This document shows positions 18,564-30,804 of a DNA stretch of 64,000 nt, piece by piece. The notes under the pieces were generated by a model. The model was not told the origin of the DNA. It made no database searches and saw only the letters and a program-made list of their open reading frames with translations. A program made the translations under genes and the position numbers. How positions within the stretch are numbered: position 1 is the stretch's first letter; each line of letters begins with the position of its first letter. The stretch comes from Candidatus Omnitrophota bacterium (GTDB lineage Bacteria > Omnitrophota > Gorgyraeia > Zapsychrales > JANLHA01), in NCBI GenBank assembly GCA_029560465.1, contig JAKQKX010000045.1, positions 88,260 through 152,259 of the forward strand, written 5' to 3'.

Positions 18564-20990
18564 CTATTGAGAAATGCGGACTTTCAGATAATGGCCTAAT
18601 TTATCAAAATATTCCACCCATCTTTTCGCGTTCTCATCCCCTAACTCGGCCCGGTTTTTCATATTGCGGTGCCGGTCTTTCCCGATGGAAAAATAAATAT
18701 TCTGCGCGCGCCATAAATCCAGGTTTAAATGCAAGGGGTTGCAAATGCGCAAAAACGATTCCACCATCTTCAGCGGGGCGATCTCGGAAGAATTCGCGTT
18801 GAATTCCTCCATCAGAGTGTTAATTTTCTTGCGGAGCATGAATTCGAGGGCGACGCGGTCAATCTCAAAAGACCATTCGATCACTTCAGAAACCAGCTGT
18901 TCCAATTTCTTAAAATCAGGCTCCTCGTCCCCGATCACATGCAACAGGTCGGTATTAAGCATGACCAACACGGTGTTGGCCAGGACTTTGGGAAGCGGGA
19001 TGTGCAGCTGTTTGATCACCTGGATGATCGGGTAATGGTGCTCGTTGATTTGCCGGAGGGAAACTTCAATCTCTTCAAGGGTGCTGTGCAGGATCTGATA
19101 TAAAATCTTGGTCTGTTCGTCTTTAAACAAATGCCACAGGGAATAATTGCCGCCGTCAAAATTTTGTTCGATCAGGTTGATCGTCCCCGTGATATCACCC
19201 CGGCGGAACGCCTCCTTGATGTCATGCTGCATCTTTAAGAAAACCTTTTCGTCCGTAAAAACCCTGACTCCGCCGATAATATTGTGGTCTCCCAGGTGCA
19301 GGACCGCGAACGTGATCACCTGTTCCTCCCACGTGATATCCGAACGGATCAGCGCCTTTCCAACGGCTAATTTGAATTTCCCGACCTCCAGGCGGTCATA
19401 TAACTGGTCAATCGCCGTATAACTATGGATGGTCGTGGTCTGGGCGTATTCCTCAAATAACGAAGACACCGCGTAATGGGCGGCAACACGGACCAAATCC
19501 AGGACCCTCGGCCTGACAAGCTGCTCATAGACATTCGCCCCATTCTTAAATTTTGGGATATTGCTCGGCGCCTTCTTCAGCAAGTTGAGGAAATGCTGTT
19601 CCAGGGCTACCGGGGTGATGTCATTCGCCAACTGGATAGACCGGGCGGCATACTGCAGGATCTGCACGGTTTCAATCCCCGACACCTCATCAAAAAACCA
19701 TCCGCAGCTGGTATACATCAACATCGCGTGCCGCTGAATTTCCATCAGCTTGAGCAATTTAATTTTTTCCTGCCGGTTCAGGTCTTTCCGGGCGTGCCGC
19801 GCCCAGAACGCCTCGATATTTTCCAAAGAACGATCCAGGACAACGTGAATATAATCATTCCGGGCCTGCCACGGGTCTTTGACCAACCCTTTGGTTTCCG
19901 CCTCGTAGAGCAGGATCAACTGATCGCGCAACCAGTCCAACGCCTCGCGCAACGGCTGCCGCCAGGCTTGCGTCCACCCCCCATGCATGCCGGAATGGCA
20001 GCCGCAATTCGTCCGCCACCGCTCAATCCCGTGGATACAACTCCAGGAAGAATTTTCATGAATCTCAACTTCATCCTCCGCCGGATGCCTTTCCAGGAAT
20101 TCACCGTAATTCGTGAATTCCGCCAGGTCATTGGCCCGGATATAATTAATACCATAAGCCAGCGCCATATCCCCGAGGTTGTGGTGATGCCCGTACGTTT
20201 CCCCATCCGTGGCAATGTGAACCAGTTGAACTTCGTCATGGGGGGACAACGCTCCGACAAGCCTTTTGGCAAGCGTTTCCCCGCTTTCCAACAAACGCTC
20301 GAACGCAATGCCGTGCGAAATGGGCCCGTCATAAAAGAACAAGGTGATGGTTTTCCCTGACGGCAACCGGCACAGGTAAGGCTTCCGGGGATTGATTTTG
20401 CCGTCACTGGCGTCCATCCATTTTTTGTCCCCCTTGCTTTTAACGCGCTTGGCCTGCCGTGGTGATAAAATCGTGAACGTGATGCCGTGCTGAACAAGAA
20501 GTTCCAGGGTTTCAAGATTAACCGCGGTCTCCGGAAGCCACATACCTTCCGGTTTGCGGCCGAAACGGTGCTCGAAATCCCGGACCCCCCAGAAGACCTG
20601 GGTGAACTTGTCCCGGGCGTTGGCCAGCGGCATGATCATATGGTTATAACACTGCGCCAAAGCTGAGCCGTGGCCGGAAAAACGGCTGCGGCTTTCAATG
20701 TCAGCCTGAACGATCGCCGCGTGGGTTTCCGGCTCATTGCGCTGCATCCAGGATAAAAGCGTGGGGCCGAAGTTGAAACTGATGCGGGAATAATTGTTGA
20801 CGATATCGATGATTTTCTTGTCTTGATCAAGAATGCGGGACGCCGTGTTGGTCGCGTAACATTCAGCCGTGATTCTCTGGTTCCAGTCGTGAAACGGATA
20901 CGCCGACTCCTGCATTTCAATTTCTTCCAGCCAGGGATTTTCCCTCGGTGGTTGATAAAAATGACCATGAATACACACATAACGGTTCAT
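18564..20990 (-). CDS. Glycoside hydrolase family 57 / DUF3536 protein
   Basis: CIHGHFYQPPRENPW, SFNFGPTL, GMWLPETAV, ATDGETYGHH, MYTSCGWFFD. Confidence 0.92.
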   Translation of the reverse strand: MNRYVCIHGHFYQPPRENPWLEEIEMQESAYPFHDWNQRITAECYATNTASRILDQDKKIIDIVNNYSRISFNFGPTLLSWMQRNEPETHAAIVQADIESRSRFSGHGSALAQCYNHMIMPLANARDKFTQVFWGVRDFEHRFGRKPEGMWLPETAVNLETLELLVQHGITFTILSPRQAKRVKSKGDKKWMDASDGKINPRKPYLCRLPSGKTITLFFYDGPISHGIAFERLLESGETLAKRLVGALSPHDEVQLVHIATDGETYGHHHNLGDMALAYGINYIRANDLAEFTNYGEFLERHPAEDEVEIHENSSWSCIHGIERWRTNCGCHSGMHGGWTQAWRQPLREALDWLRDQLILLYEAETKGLVKDPWQARNDYIHVVLDRSLENIEAFWARHARKDLNRQEKIKLLKLMEIQRHAMLMYTSCGWFFDEVSGIETVQILQYAARSIQLANDITPVALEQHFLNLLKKAPSNIPKFKNGANVYEQLVRPRVLDLVRVAAHYAVSSLFEEYAQTTTIHSYTAIDQLYDRLEVGKFKLAVGKALIRSDITWEEQVITFAVLHLGDHNIIGGVRVFTDEKVFLKMQHDIKEAFRRGDITGTINLIEQNFDGGNYSLWHLFKDEQTKILYQILHSTLEEIEVSLRQINEHHYPIIQVIKQLHIPLPKVLANTVLVMLNTDLLHVIGDEEPDFKKLEQLVSEVIEWSFEIDRVALEFMLRKKINTLMEEFNANSSEIAPLKMVESFLRICNPLHLNLDLWRAQNIYFSIGKDRHRNMKNRAELGDENAKRWVEYFDKLGHYLKVRISQ

Positions 20991-21034
20991 GGATAGAACA
21001 TCCTTTCTTTATTGACAGCGCGCCCGAAGCGCGC

Positions 21035-22060
21035 TCAGTCCCGCAGGCGCATGGAGCCCTCTGTATACTCAACAATCTGCCGCATCATGGAAACACTCTC
21101 AACAGGGAAACGCCCGGCGGCGGTTTCGGCGGACAACATCACAAAATCCGTGCCATCGAGGATCGCGTTGGCCACATCACTGACTTCCGCCCGCGTCGGC
21201 CGTTTGTTTTCCGTCATGCTCTCGAGCATCTGCGTGGCCGTGATCGAATAGCGCTTTCTCCTGTTGCACCGGCGGATAATGCTTTTTTGAATAATGGGGA
21301 TTTTAAATATCGGCAAAGAAACGCCCAGGTCCCCACGGGCGACCATAATCCCGTCACAGGCGTCCATAATGGAATCCACGTTGCGCACGCCTTCCCGGTT
21401 TTCTATCTTGGCATAAATTTTGCAATGCGGGAGCGTTTTCTGCGCTAAACGGCGCACCCGCATAATATCCGCACGGTTGCGGACGAAAGACTGCGCGATA
21501 CAGTCGACCCTGTGCTGAAGGCCGAACGCCAAATCGTCCTGGTCTTTAGGGGTCAGGATATTCGCCTGCAGCTTTAAATCCGGGACATTAATCCCTTTTC
21601 GGGATTTCAGCTCCCCCCCGTGCTCGACACGAAGCTCAAGGCGGTCCTTCACGCACCGGATCACCTCAAGACAAATCAGACCGTCATCGATAAAAACGTC
21701 CATCCCCGGCTTGAAAACACGCAGATCGGCATCCAAGTCAAGCGGAATATCCCCGGGCCGCTGCTCTCGTTCGTGAGACATAAACACGGTCTGTCCGCGG
21801 CCCAAGACAAGGGGCTGATGAAGGATGCCCACCCGGATCCGGTACCCTTCCAAGTCCTGCAATATTTTTATCTGAAAGCCGTCACGCCGGTTGATATCCC
21901 GGACCGTCTCTATCAGCCGGGCGTGGTCGTCATGTTTCCCATGAGAAAAATTCAGCCGGGCCATATCCATGCCGTTCTGTGCCATGTGTAAAATTGTTTC
22001 CCGGGCCTGACTGGCAGGACCCAGCGTGCACACAATTCCGGTTTGACGTTTTAGTTTCAT
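21035..22060 (-). CDS. pyk: Pyruvate kinase lacking the C-terminal regulatory domain
   Basis: IVCTLGPAS, ARLNFSHG, AKIEN, GIMVARGDLG, TATQMLESM, PTRAEVSDVANAILDG; only 341 aa. Confidence 0.92.
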   Translation of the reverse strand: MKLKRQTGIVCTLGPASQARETILHMAQNGMDMARLNFSHGKHDDHARLIETVRDINRRDGFQIKILQDLEGYRIRVGILHQPLVLGRGQTVFMSHEREQRPGDIPLDLDADLRVFKPGMDVFIDDGLICLEVIRCVKDRLELRVEHGGELKSRKGINVPDLKLQANILTPKDQDDLAFGLQHRVDCIAQSFVRNRADIMRVRRLAQKTLPHCKIYAKIENREGVRNVDSIMDACDGIMVARGDLGVSLPIFKIPIIQKSIIRRCNRRKRYSITATQMLESMTENKRPTRAEVSDVANAILDGTDFVMLSAETAAGRFPVESVSMMRQIVEYTEGSMRLRD

Positions 22061-22120
22061 GGGAGTCCCTCTCCTTAAAAAATGTCGGGTTTGATTAACG
22101 GGTTATTCTATCATAAATTT

Positions 22121-23821
22121 TTATTTGAGAAAAACGACGGAATTCCTGTCCTGCTCGCCGGATTCTTTGAAAATCTGCTGAACCCGCTCCAAAATATCGT
22201 CTGGAGGCATCTCTGAAGGAGGGGAAAAAACTCCCACAAGCAAGGTTATATCCCGGTGCGCGGGAATCTGCCGGGCGCCATGCTGGACCCGGGATACAAC
22301 GCTCTCGACCGCCTCGCCGGTCAAGTGAGGGGAGATCACCGCAAATTCATCCACAGCCAGCTGAAACACGGAATCAACATCCCGCAGGGTTTTCTTTAAA
22401 TACGCCTTCAGATTCCTTGTTAAAATCCGCGCCTGGGAATCTCCGAACGCATCAATATAAGCCTGGTAATTATGGACACGAATGATGAAGACGCAAAACC
22501 GGGTACGATACCGGTGGCTCCGGAGGCTCTCATACAATAACGCCTCTTTAAAGCCGCGATAATGTCCGACATCAATTTTCAGCGGCATGTCTTTCAGCAA
22601 GCTGATTTCTTGCAGGAGCCCGGCGTTGCCGAACAGCGGGCTCAACTGCTGGGCCAGTTGTGACAACATTTTAAAATCAAATTCATCAAAAGCCCGGCCG
22701 CTTTCGTGATCTGCCACGTTGATAACACCGATGATTTCTTCTTTATAATAAACCGGAACCGACATGAACGATTTTGTCGCGTATGTCGGGCGGTTTGAGC
22801 GGGCAAACCTGGGGTCGGCCTCAACATCCTTCACCAGGATGTCCATCCCCCCTTCTGCGACCCACCCCGCGATCGGATCCCCTTTCCCCAGGGACACCGC
22901 TTCAACAATGCGATGATCAAGGCCTTTATATCCCTGTATTTTGAGCCGCCCGGATACCGGGTCCAAGGACATCAAAGAGCATTTTTCCGCCTGCAGGATC
23001 CGGGCGACTTCCGAAACGATCATGGCGATCAGGATCCTCGGGTCACCGACGGAACGCATCCGGTCCTCAAAATCAAGGACATCCAGAAACCGCCGCCGGT
23101 CCGCCAGCCGCTTCTCCTGCTCCCGCCGGAGTTCCTGCCTCACATTATCTTCTTCCGTACTGTCGCGGAAATAAACGACAAAACTGATCAGCGCGCCTGG
23201 AAGGCTTCTGCGAGCCGACACGAGCCAGCACACATCCAAAGGAACCCGGTTTTTCTTCACCAAAATGGTGTGCCCCTCAAAACGATCTTCCCCTGCGTGG
23301 ATTCTTTTCAGAATATCCTGCGTGAGGTCCTTTCCCGAAGATAACAGGATCGTGTGCAAAAACCGGCCGGTCAAATCATCCGCTGAATACCCGGCTAATT
23401 TCTCGAATCCCTTATTGCAGGAGTCCATAAAACTGTTCGGCCTGCACATCACCGCGGCAACCGCCTCTTCCGCGGCTAAAGAGAACACCTCTTCAGGAGC
23501 GCCGCCCGGGACCGCCTGATACCGCAAACCCAGCAGGGCCAGCTGCCAGAGGATAATTAAAACTAACACGTGGTTCGCGGCGTCGCGGACCCAGCCCCCG
23601 CCATGGTATTGAAGGAGAAACCCCGCGGCCATCAACAGCGTGACGCCCCCCGTGACCGGGAGAAGGTGTTTCCTTGGAAGAAACAAAAAGCTGAAAAGGA
23701 CAACGCTCAGATAGACGCAGTTCACAGCGGCCCACGGGGACAAAAGATCCATCACAAACGAAACGATGCCGAAAAAGATCAGGCCAAAAACCTTCAAATT
23801 ATGAAGTTTTGTATGATCCAT
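22121..23821 (-). CDS. Membrane PAS-GAF protein with degenerate GGDEF domain
   Basis: N-terminal TMs, PAS, GAF (SFMSVPV..IIGVINVAD), C-terminal LRDVDSVFQLAVDEFAVI in place of GGDEF. Confidence 0.8.
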   Translation of the reverse strand: MDHTKLHNLKVFGLIFFGIVSFVMDLLSPWAAVNCVYLSVVLFSFLFLPRKHLLPVTGGVTLLMAAGFLLQYHGGGWVRDAANHVLVLIILWQLALLGLRYQAVPGGAPEEVFSLAAEEAVAAVMCRPNSFMDSCNKGFEKLAGYSADDLTGRFLHTILLSSGKDLTQDILKRIHAGEDRFEGHTILVKKNRVPLDVCWLVSARRSLPGALISFVVYFRDSTEEDNVRQELRREQEKRLADRRRFLDVLDFEDRMRSVGDPRILIAMIVSEVARILQAEKCSLMSLDPVSGRLKIQGYKGLDHRIVEAVSLGKGDPIAGWVAEGGMDILVKDVEADPRFARSNRPTYATKSFMSVPVYYKEEIIGVINVADHESGRAFDEFDFKMLSQLAQQLSPLFGNAGLLQEISLLKDMPLKIDVGHYRGFKEALLYESLRSHRYRTRFCVFIIRVHNYQAYIDAFGDSQARILTRNLKAYLKKTLRDVDSVFQLAVDEFAVISPHLTGEAVESVVSRVQHGARQIPAHRDITLLVGVFSPPSEMPPDDILERVQQIFKESGEQDRNSVVFLK

Positions 23822-23841
23822 AGCATCAACATCAGGGATAG

Positions 23842-25956
23842 TTACAAAATAATCCGGGCATCCACCGCGAAACTTCCCTCCTGATTACTCACAAGGGGAT
23901 TAATGTCAACTTCTTTGACAACGGAAGACAGTTTCTGCACCGCGCAGAGCGTCTGGATGATAGACTCCTTATGTGCTTTCATGCCCCTGAATCCGTCGAG
24001 GATCTTGCGGCTTTTGATTTCCTGAATCAGCCGGGCGGCTTCAACCGGCCCAAAGGGAACAACCCGGAAGGAAACATCTTTCAGGGCCTCCACAAAGACG
24101 CCGCCCAGCCCGAACATAACAACCGGGCCGAACTGCGCGTCCCGGCTCATGCCGACAATACATTCGATCCCCTGGACCATCTGGACCAGGTTGACCCCCA
24201 AGAGCTTGGCCTGGGGCTGAATCCGGGCGATATTGCCCATCATCCGCTCATATTTTTCCTTCAATTCCTCCGGAGTCTTGATATTGAGGACGACACCGCC
24301 CACATCGGTTTTATGCACGATGTCCGGGGACGCGATTTTCATGGCGAGAGGATACATCCCTTCGGCTTGTTTCAAGGCCTGTTCGATGGAACCCACAAAA
24401 GCCGAACGCGGTGTGGGAACCCCGCACGCCTGCATGACCTGACGGGCCTCATGCTCCATAAGGACCGTGCGACCTTCCGCTTTAACCTTCTCAATGATGC
24501 TCAAGGCTTCGGCCGGCGGGGGCTCAACCACAGGATTATCCTTGGGACGGACGGAAATATCTTTCCAGGAATAAAGGGCTTTCAACGCCGACACCGCTTC
24601 ATCAACAGCCCCAAACGCCGGGATCTGTCTTTCGTTAAGATACAGCAACGCCTCCCGGGACCGCCCTCCCCCCACCATGGTAACGATAAACGGCTTCTGA
24701 CGCCCTGACGCATCATATTCAGCGGCCAAGGCCTTGGCAATGGCCAAAGGATCGGTCACCGCCGTTTCACAGTAAAGGATAATCGCCGTGTGGATACGGT
24801 CTTCCATGAATGCGACCCGCGCGGCCCGGCTATACTGGTCCCCGTGCCCTTGGCCGGTGATATCAATCGGATTTTTTGTGCTGCCAAAATCCGGCATGGT
24901 GCTGCGGAATTTCTCTTCCAGCCAGGCCGGGTCATCTAAAAGGGCGATTCCAGCCGCTTCGCACTCATCCGTCGCGAAAACACCAATCCCCCCTCCGTTG
25001 GTGATGATGACCGCGTCCCGTCCTTTGGGACGCGGCAAAGAAAGCGTCCGCGACCAGTTGAAGGCTTCGGTAAAAGTGTCAGCGCGCAACATCCCCATCT
25101 GCCGGAACACCGCGTCATAAATCCCGTCGCTACCGGCTAACGAACCTGTGTGAGACGCCGCGGCCTTGGCTCCACGCCGGGAACGGCCCACCTTTAAAAC
25201 AACCACCGGTTTCTTGATGGCCGTCTTAAGAAAATCCTGCCCGTTTTTAAGCCCTTCCATGTAGATCACCACGACATCCACATTGCTATCGTTATTGAAA
25301 TATTCAATAAGATTCCGCTCTTCCACATCCACTTTATTGCCCAAATTAATCAACGCCGCCAGCCCGATCTTTTCCATCACGGTCCAGCCCATGAGAGCGA
25401 TCGCCAAAGCCCCGCTCTGGGAGATGAACGCGATTTTCCCCGGCAGGACACTTTTTGGCCCGAAGCTGGCGTTAAGATGGGACGGGGTATAAACGATGCC
25501 CAGGGTATTCGGGCCCAGGACAGCGATGCCGTTTTCGTCCGCGATCTGCTTGATCTGATCTTCCTCCGCCTTATTGCCCACTTCCGAGAACCCCGAGGTA
25601 ATGATCGAAATATTTTTGATGCCTTTGCGCGCGCAGTCCCGCATCGTTGACACCACCATCTTGGCCGGGATGGCAATAACAGCCAGGTCAATCTGGCCAG
25701 GAATATCCTGCACCGTCGGATACGTTTTCTGCCCCAAGATCACCTCTTCTTTAGGATTCACGGGCAAAATTTCTCCGGTAAACCCCGCTTCTATGACATT
25801 CTGCAGAATCTGAAACCCGATCTTCGCCGGATTCGCGGAAGCGCCGATGATCGCAACCCTCTGCGGATAAAAAACCCCTTTTAAATCCTTTAAAATTTGC
25901 CCCTCGCCTTCGTTTCCATTATGGTTCAGAGATGAATTGTGTTCAGCGGACATCAC
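23842..25956 (-). CDS. acdAB: Acetate-CoA ligase (ADP-forming), fused alpha/beta subunits
   Basis: VAIIGAS, GPNTLG, ISQSGAL, AASHTGSLAG (phospho-His), NPIDITG, ATP-grasp KIASPDIVHKTDVGGV, EVDINPL, VDARI. Confidence 0.93.
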   Translation of the reverse strand: MMSAEHNSSLNHNGNEGEGQILKDLKGVFYPQRVAIIGASANPAKIGFQILQNVIEAGFTGEILPVNPKEEVILGQKTYPTVQDIPGQIDLAVIAIPAKMVVSTMRDCARKGIKNISIITSGFSEVGNKAEEDQIKQIADENGIAVLGPNTLGIVYTPSHLNASFGPKSVLPGKIAFISQSGALAIALMGWTVMEKIGLAALINLGNKVDVEERNLIEYFNNDSNVDVVVIYMEGLKNGQDFLKTAIKKPVVVLKVGRSRRGAKAAASHTGSLAGSDGIYDAVFRQMGMLRADTFTEAFNWSRTLSLPRPKGRDAVIITNGGGIGVFATDECEAAGIALLDDPAWLEEKFRSTMPDFGSTKNPIDITGQGHGDQYSRAARVAFMEDRIHTAIILYCETAVTDPLAIAKALAAEYDASGRQKPFIVTMVGGGRSREALLYLNERQIPAFGAVDEAVSALKALYSWKDISVRPKDNPVVEPPPAEALSIIEKVKAEGRTVLMEHEARQVMQACGVPTPRSAFVGSIEQALKQAEGMYPLAMKIASPDIVHKTDVGGVVLNIKTPEELKEKYERMMGNIARIQPQAKLLGVNLVQMVQGIECIVGMSRDAQFGPVVMFGLGGVFVEALKDVSFRVVPFGPVEAARLIQEIKSRKILDGFRGMKAHKESIIQTLCAVQKLSSVVKEVDINPLVSNQEGSFAVDARIIL

Positions 25957-26159
25957 GGACAGCCTTTCTATTAATATAATTATTAAAAGTAAAAATCGGA
26001 TTATTGTAACAAATAAAAGGGATTATGACAATGTCGTATTCATCTATTTCCCTGGGGAAACCCTTTATTCCCGGGGGGAACGGATAAAAAAGGAGGGGGA
26101 TTCCGCCTCACAGCCCTTGCCATCCTCAACCGGGCAGGCCGGATCAGCGTTGTCGGTTC

Positions 26160-26191
26160 AAAAAAGCCCTGGCCTTTGAAGGCCAGGGCTT
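26160..26191 (-). terminator. Rho-independent terminator after mscS
   Basis: AGCCCTGGCC-TTTGAA-GGCCAGGGCT hairpin next to an A-run (U-tract on the minus strand). Confidence 0.85.
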
Positions 26192-26201
26192 AAATCCCAA
26201 C

Positions 26202-27011
26202 TTACTTTCCATTATAAAGATGGACATCGCTCTGCGGGAAGGGGATGGTTATCCCGGCTTCCTGAAGGGCGAGCTTGCCTTTTTCCACGACATCAAAATA
26301 AACAGCCCAATAATCTCCGGGCTTCACCCAGGGACGGCAGACCAAATTGACGCTGCTTTCCCCCAATTCACTGACCGCGACAACAGGGGCCGGATCTTTC
26401 AGCACACGCGCATCAGACGCCACCAAATTCATCAGGACATCCTTGGCTTTCTTCATGTCATCACCGTAGGAAATGCCAAACTGCAAATCAACGCGCCGGT
26501 TTTCAATCGCGCTGAAATTCGTGATGCTCCCTCCTGTAATATGGCTGTTAGGGACAACAATCTTGCGGTTATCCGGGTGAGCCAACACAGTGTTGAAAAT
26601 CTGAATTTCCTTGACAGTCCCCATCTCGCCCGCGGCATTGATAAAATCTCCAACGCCAAACGGCTTGAATATCACCAGCATGACTCCGGCGGCAAAATTC
26701 GCCAAAGAGCCCTGCAACGCCAGGCCGACGGCCAAACCGGCGGCACCGATCACGGCCACCATCGAGGTGGTTTCCACGCCAAGCTTGTTTAAAGCCGCGA
26801 TAATGACAAAGACCATAATCCCCATAAAGGAAAGATGCTGGACAAACCCGGCCAATGTCACATCCACTTTGGCCTTAAGCATCAATTTTTTAACAAAGGT
26901 GGAAATAAAACTCGCGATGATACGCCCGACGAAGAAAATGACAATGGCGGCAACGATTCTGATGACATAGGTGACGGTCAGGGTCTGCAACTGATTAATG
27001 TCAACTTGCAT
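26202..27011 (-). CDS. mscS: Small-conductance mechanosensitive channel
   Basis: GAAGLAVGLALQGSLANFAAG, KPFGVGD, VVPNS, RRVDL, IPFPQ; ATG 27011 follows an AAAGGAG RBS. Confidence 0.94.
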   Translation of the reverse strand: MQVDINQLQTLTVTYVIRIVAAIVIFFVGRIIASFISTFVKKLMLKAKVDVTLAGFVQHLSFMGIMVFVIIAALNKLGVETTSMVAVIGAAGLAVGLALQGSLANFAAGVMLVIFKPFGVGDFINAAGEMGTVKEIQIFNTVLAHPDNRKIVVPNSHITGGSITNFSAIENRRVDLQFGISYGDDMKKAKDVLMNLVASDARVLKDPAPVVAVSELGESSVNLVCRPWVKPGDYWAVYFDVVEKGKLALQEAGITIPFPQSDVHLYNGK

Positions 27012-27214
27012 ACAGCCAACTCCTTTCAATAACGGGTTTTAAAATGGCTTCTAATAAAACTTGGCCCATCAGCACACCCCAGATGGTTCCGCCCGCAGCC
27101 TCATGAAAAAGCTGACAAGGCCGGGGCTTAGCCCTGTCCTGATATTTAACACTCTTTCCCCCCACGCGCAAGCTAAATATTCAGGACAATAGCCAAACAA
27201 ACCACCCCCGCAGC

Positions 27215-27253
27215 AAAAAAGACCGGTGGGGCTGCCCAGGCCCACCGGTCTTT
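27215..27253 (-). terminator. Terminator of the Rrf2-metY-cysK-ahpD operon
   Basis: AAAGACCGGTGGG..CCCACCGGTCTTT inverted repeat with an A6 run. Confidence 0.8.
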
Positions 27254-27303
27254 CCATCACAAGACAACGTTTTCCTGATTTCCATTCCAGACAAAAACCA
27301 TAA

Positions 27304-27852
27304 TCACGCAACGGCCGGAAGTTCTTTATACGCCGGAAAGTCAACCGTCGTGCCGGCAATATGGTTAAAATAATTGGTAAAAATATTCAAAGCAACAAGG
27401 GCGATCAATTCCACCAGGGCCGCTTGGTTATACCCAGCGGCGAAAAACGCATCAAGTTTTTCCCGGGAAGGATGCCCCTGCGTCTCGACAACATCTTTCG
27501 CCAACCCCGTGACCGCTTTGAGCTTCGTGTCCCGGCTCGTTCCGGAACGCAACGCCCAGGTATCTTCTTCACTCAAGCCCGCCATCTTGGCCATCGCGGT
27601 GTGTGCCGCAAGGCAGTAACCGCAATGATTAACCTGAGCTATGCTCAAAGCAATAGCTTCTGTCTCTTGGGCATCAAACGCCCCGCTCTTGAGCGCCGCT
27701 GTGTGTTCCAGGAACGCTTTGAGCGCGACAGGAGAATGCGCTATGGTAGCGTAAATATTCGGAATCCTCAGGACTTTTTTCTTGATCCCATCCAGCAGCT
27801 CCTGAGCTTCCGGAGAAGCCTCTTCATAACGGATTGCTTCTAAGCGCGACAT
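27304..27852 (-). CDS. AhpD-like / carboxymuconolactone decarboxylase family peroxidase-related protein
   Basis: Start ATG 27852 (MSRLEAI) with RBS GAAGGAGG; EAIALSIAQVNHCGYCLAAH (CxxC..H). Confidence 0.9.
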   Translation of the reverse strand: MSRLEAIRYEEASPEAQELLDGIKKKVLRIPNIYATIAHSPVALKAFLEHTAALKSGAFDAQETEAIALSIAQVNHCGYCLAAHTAMAKMAGLSEEDTWALRSGTSRDTKLKAVTGLAKDVVETQGHPSREKLDAFFAAGYNQAALVELIALVALNIFTNYFNHIAGTTVDFPAYKELPAVA

Positions 27853-27926
27853 TTCACCCTCCTTCGTAAACGTTTTATCACATCTTGCCCTCGCGAGGGC
27901 ACGGTCAAACACATATCCTTGGAGCG

Positions 27927-28853
27927 TTACTCTTCAAAAAGCCATGTCGACAGATAACGCTCCCCGCAGGATGGGAAAATCGTCACAATGGTCTTACCTT
28001 CGGCTTCAGGGCGTTTGGCGACCTGCGCAGCCGCCCACATCGCGGCCCCACTGGAAATCCCGGCCAGGATCCCTTCTTCCCGGGCGAGCCGCCGGGCCAT
28101 CACCCCGGCGTTCTCATGGGACACCAAAATAATTTCATCGATCATGTCCCGGTCGAGGACCTCGGGGATGAAACCCGCGCCGATCCCCTGAATTTTATGC
28201 GACCCAGGCGCTCCGCCGGACAAAACCGGGGATTCAACCGGTTCCAGGGCGATTGTCTTGATCGCCGGGTTCCGGCGCTTCAGCACTTCGGAGACGCCGG
28301 TGAAAGTCCCGCCGGTCCCGACGCCAGCGATAAAATAATCAACCGCGCCGTCCGTGTCAGCCCAAATTTCCTCGGCAGTCGTTTTCCGGTGAATCTCCGG
28401 GTTTGCGGGATTTTTAAACTGCTGCGGGATAAAACTGTTCTTCATTTGGCGAGCTAATTCCTCGGCCTTATCAATGGCCCCCTTCATCCCCAGGGCTCCC
28501 TCGGTCAAAATGACCTCCGCGCCCAGCCCTTTCAATAATTTCCTTCTCTCAGTGCTCATCGTGTCCGGCATGGTCAAAATCAAGCGGTAACCTTTCGCGG
28601 CTGCGACAAAGGCCAGGGCGATCCCGGTGTTGCCGCTGGTCGGCTCAATGATAATGGAATCCCGGCTTAACAAACCCTGCTTTTCCGCCGCTTCAATCAT
28701 CGCCACACCGATACGGTCTTTCACGCTCGATAAGGGGTTAAAAAACTCTAACTTGGCCAGGACCGTCGCATCCCCACCCCGGGTCAACTTATTGATCCGC
28801 ACTAAAGGCGTACCCCCGACGGTCTTGGTAATGTCCTCATAAATACGCGCCAT
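27927..28853 (-). CDS. cysK: Cysteine synthase A
   Basis: [16 protein letters not shown] (PLP lysine), [31 protein letters not shown]. Confidence 0.97.
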   Translation of the reverse strand: MARIYEDITKTVGGTPLVRINKLTRGGDATVLAKLEFFNPLSSVKDRIGVAMIEAAEKQGLLSRDSIIIEPTSGNTGIALAFVAAAKGYRLILTMPDTMSTERRKLLKGLGAEVILTEGALGMKGAIDKAEELARQMKNSFIPQQFKNPANPEIHRKTTAEEIWADTDGAVDYFIAGVGTGGTFTGVSEVLKRRNPAIKTIALEPVESPVLSGGAPGSHKIQGIGAGFIPEVLDRDMIDEIILVSHENAGVMARRLAREEGILAGISSGAAMWAAAQVAKRPEAEGKTIVTIFPSCGERYLSTWLFEE

Positions 28854-28894
28854 AAAAACCTCCTCCCATCAATCACCCAAGCTGCGAACAAGGC

Positions 28895-30657
<1,763 letters not shown>

Positions 30658-30672
30658 CAGGCCCTCCTTTCT

Positions 30673-30731
30673 CTACTTTCCCGATAAGCTAAGTAGTAAT
30701 ACAAATTTAACACAAAAGCCCTAATTGTCAA
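30673..30731 (-). promoter_or_regulatory. Promoter and putative Rrf2 operator
   Basis: TTGACA (30726-30731), N16, TAAATT on the minus strand; inverted repeat CTACTT-N12-AAGTAG (30673-30696) between promoter and RBS. Confidence 0.55.
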
Positions 30732-30804
30732 GTAAATTAATTTACCTAATAATGAATTTGGTTAAAAAAGGGAGACCGCTCACCTTGGTGATTAAAGAAA
30801 GGGC

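Noticed and set aside
27853-27912. N-terminal extensions in the ORF track (ahpD-like, archease, metY, helicase, yjbQ, mscS, large protein)
   Set aside because: Downstream starts fit the RBS or promoter position and the family N-termini better, so coordinates were trimmed.
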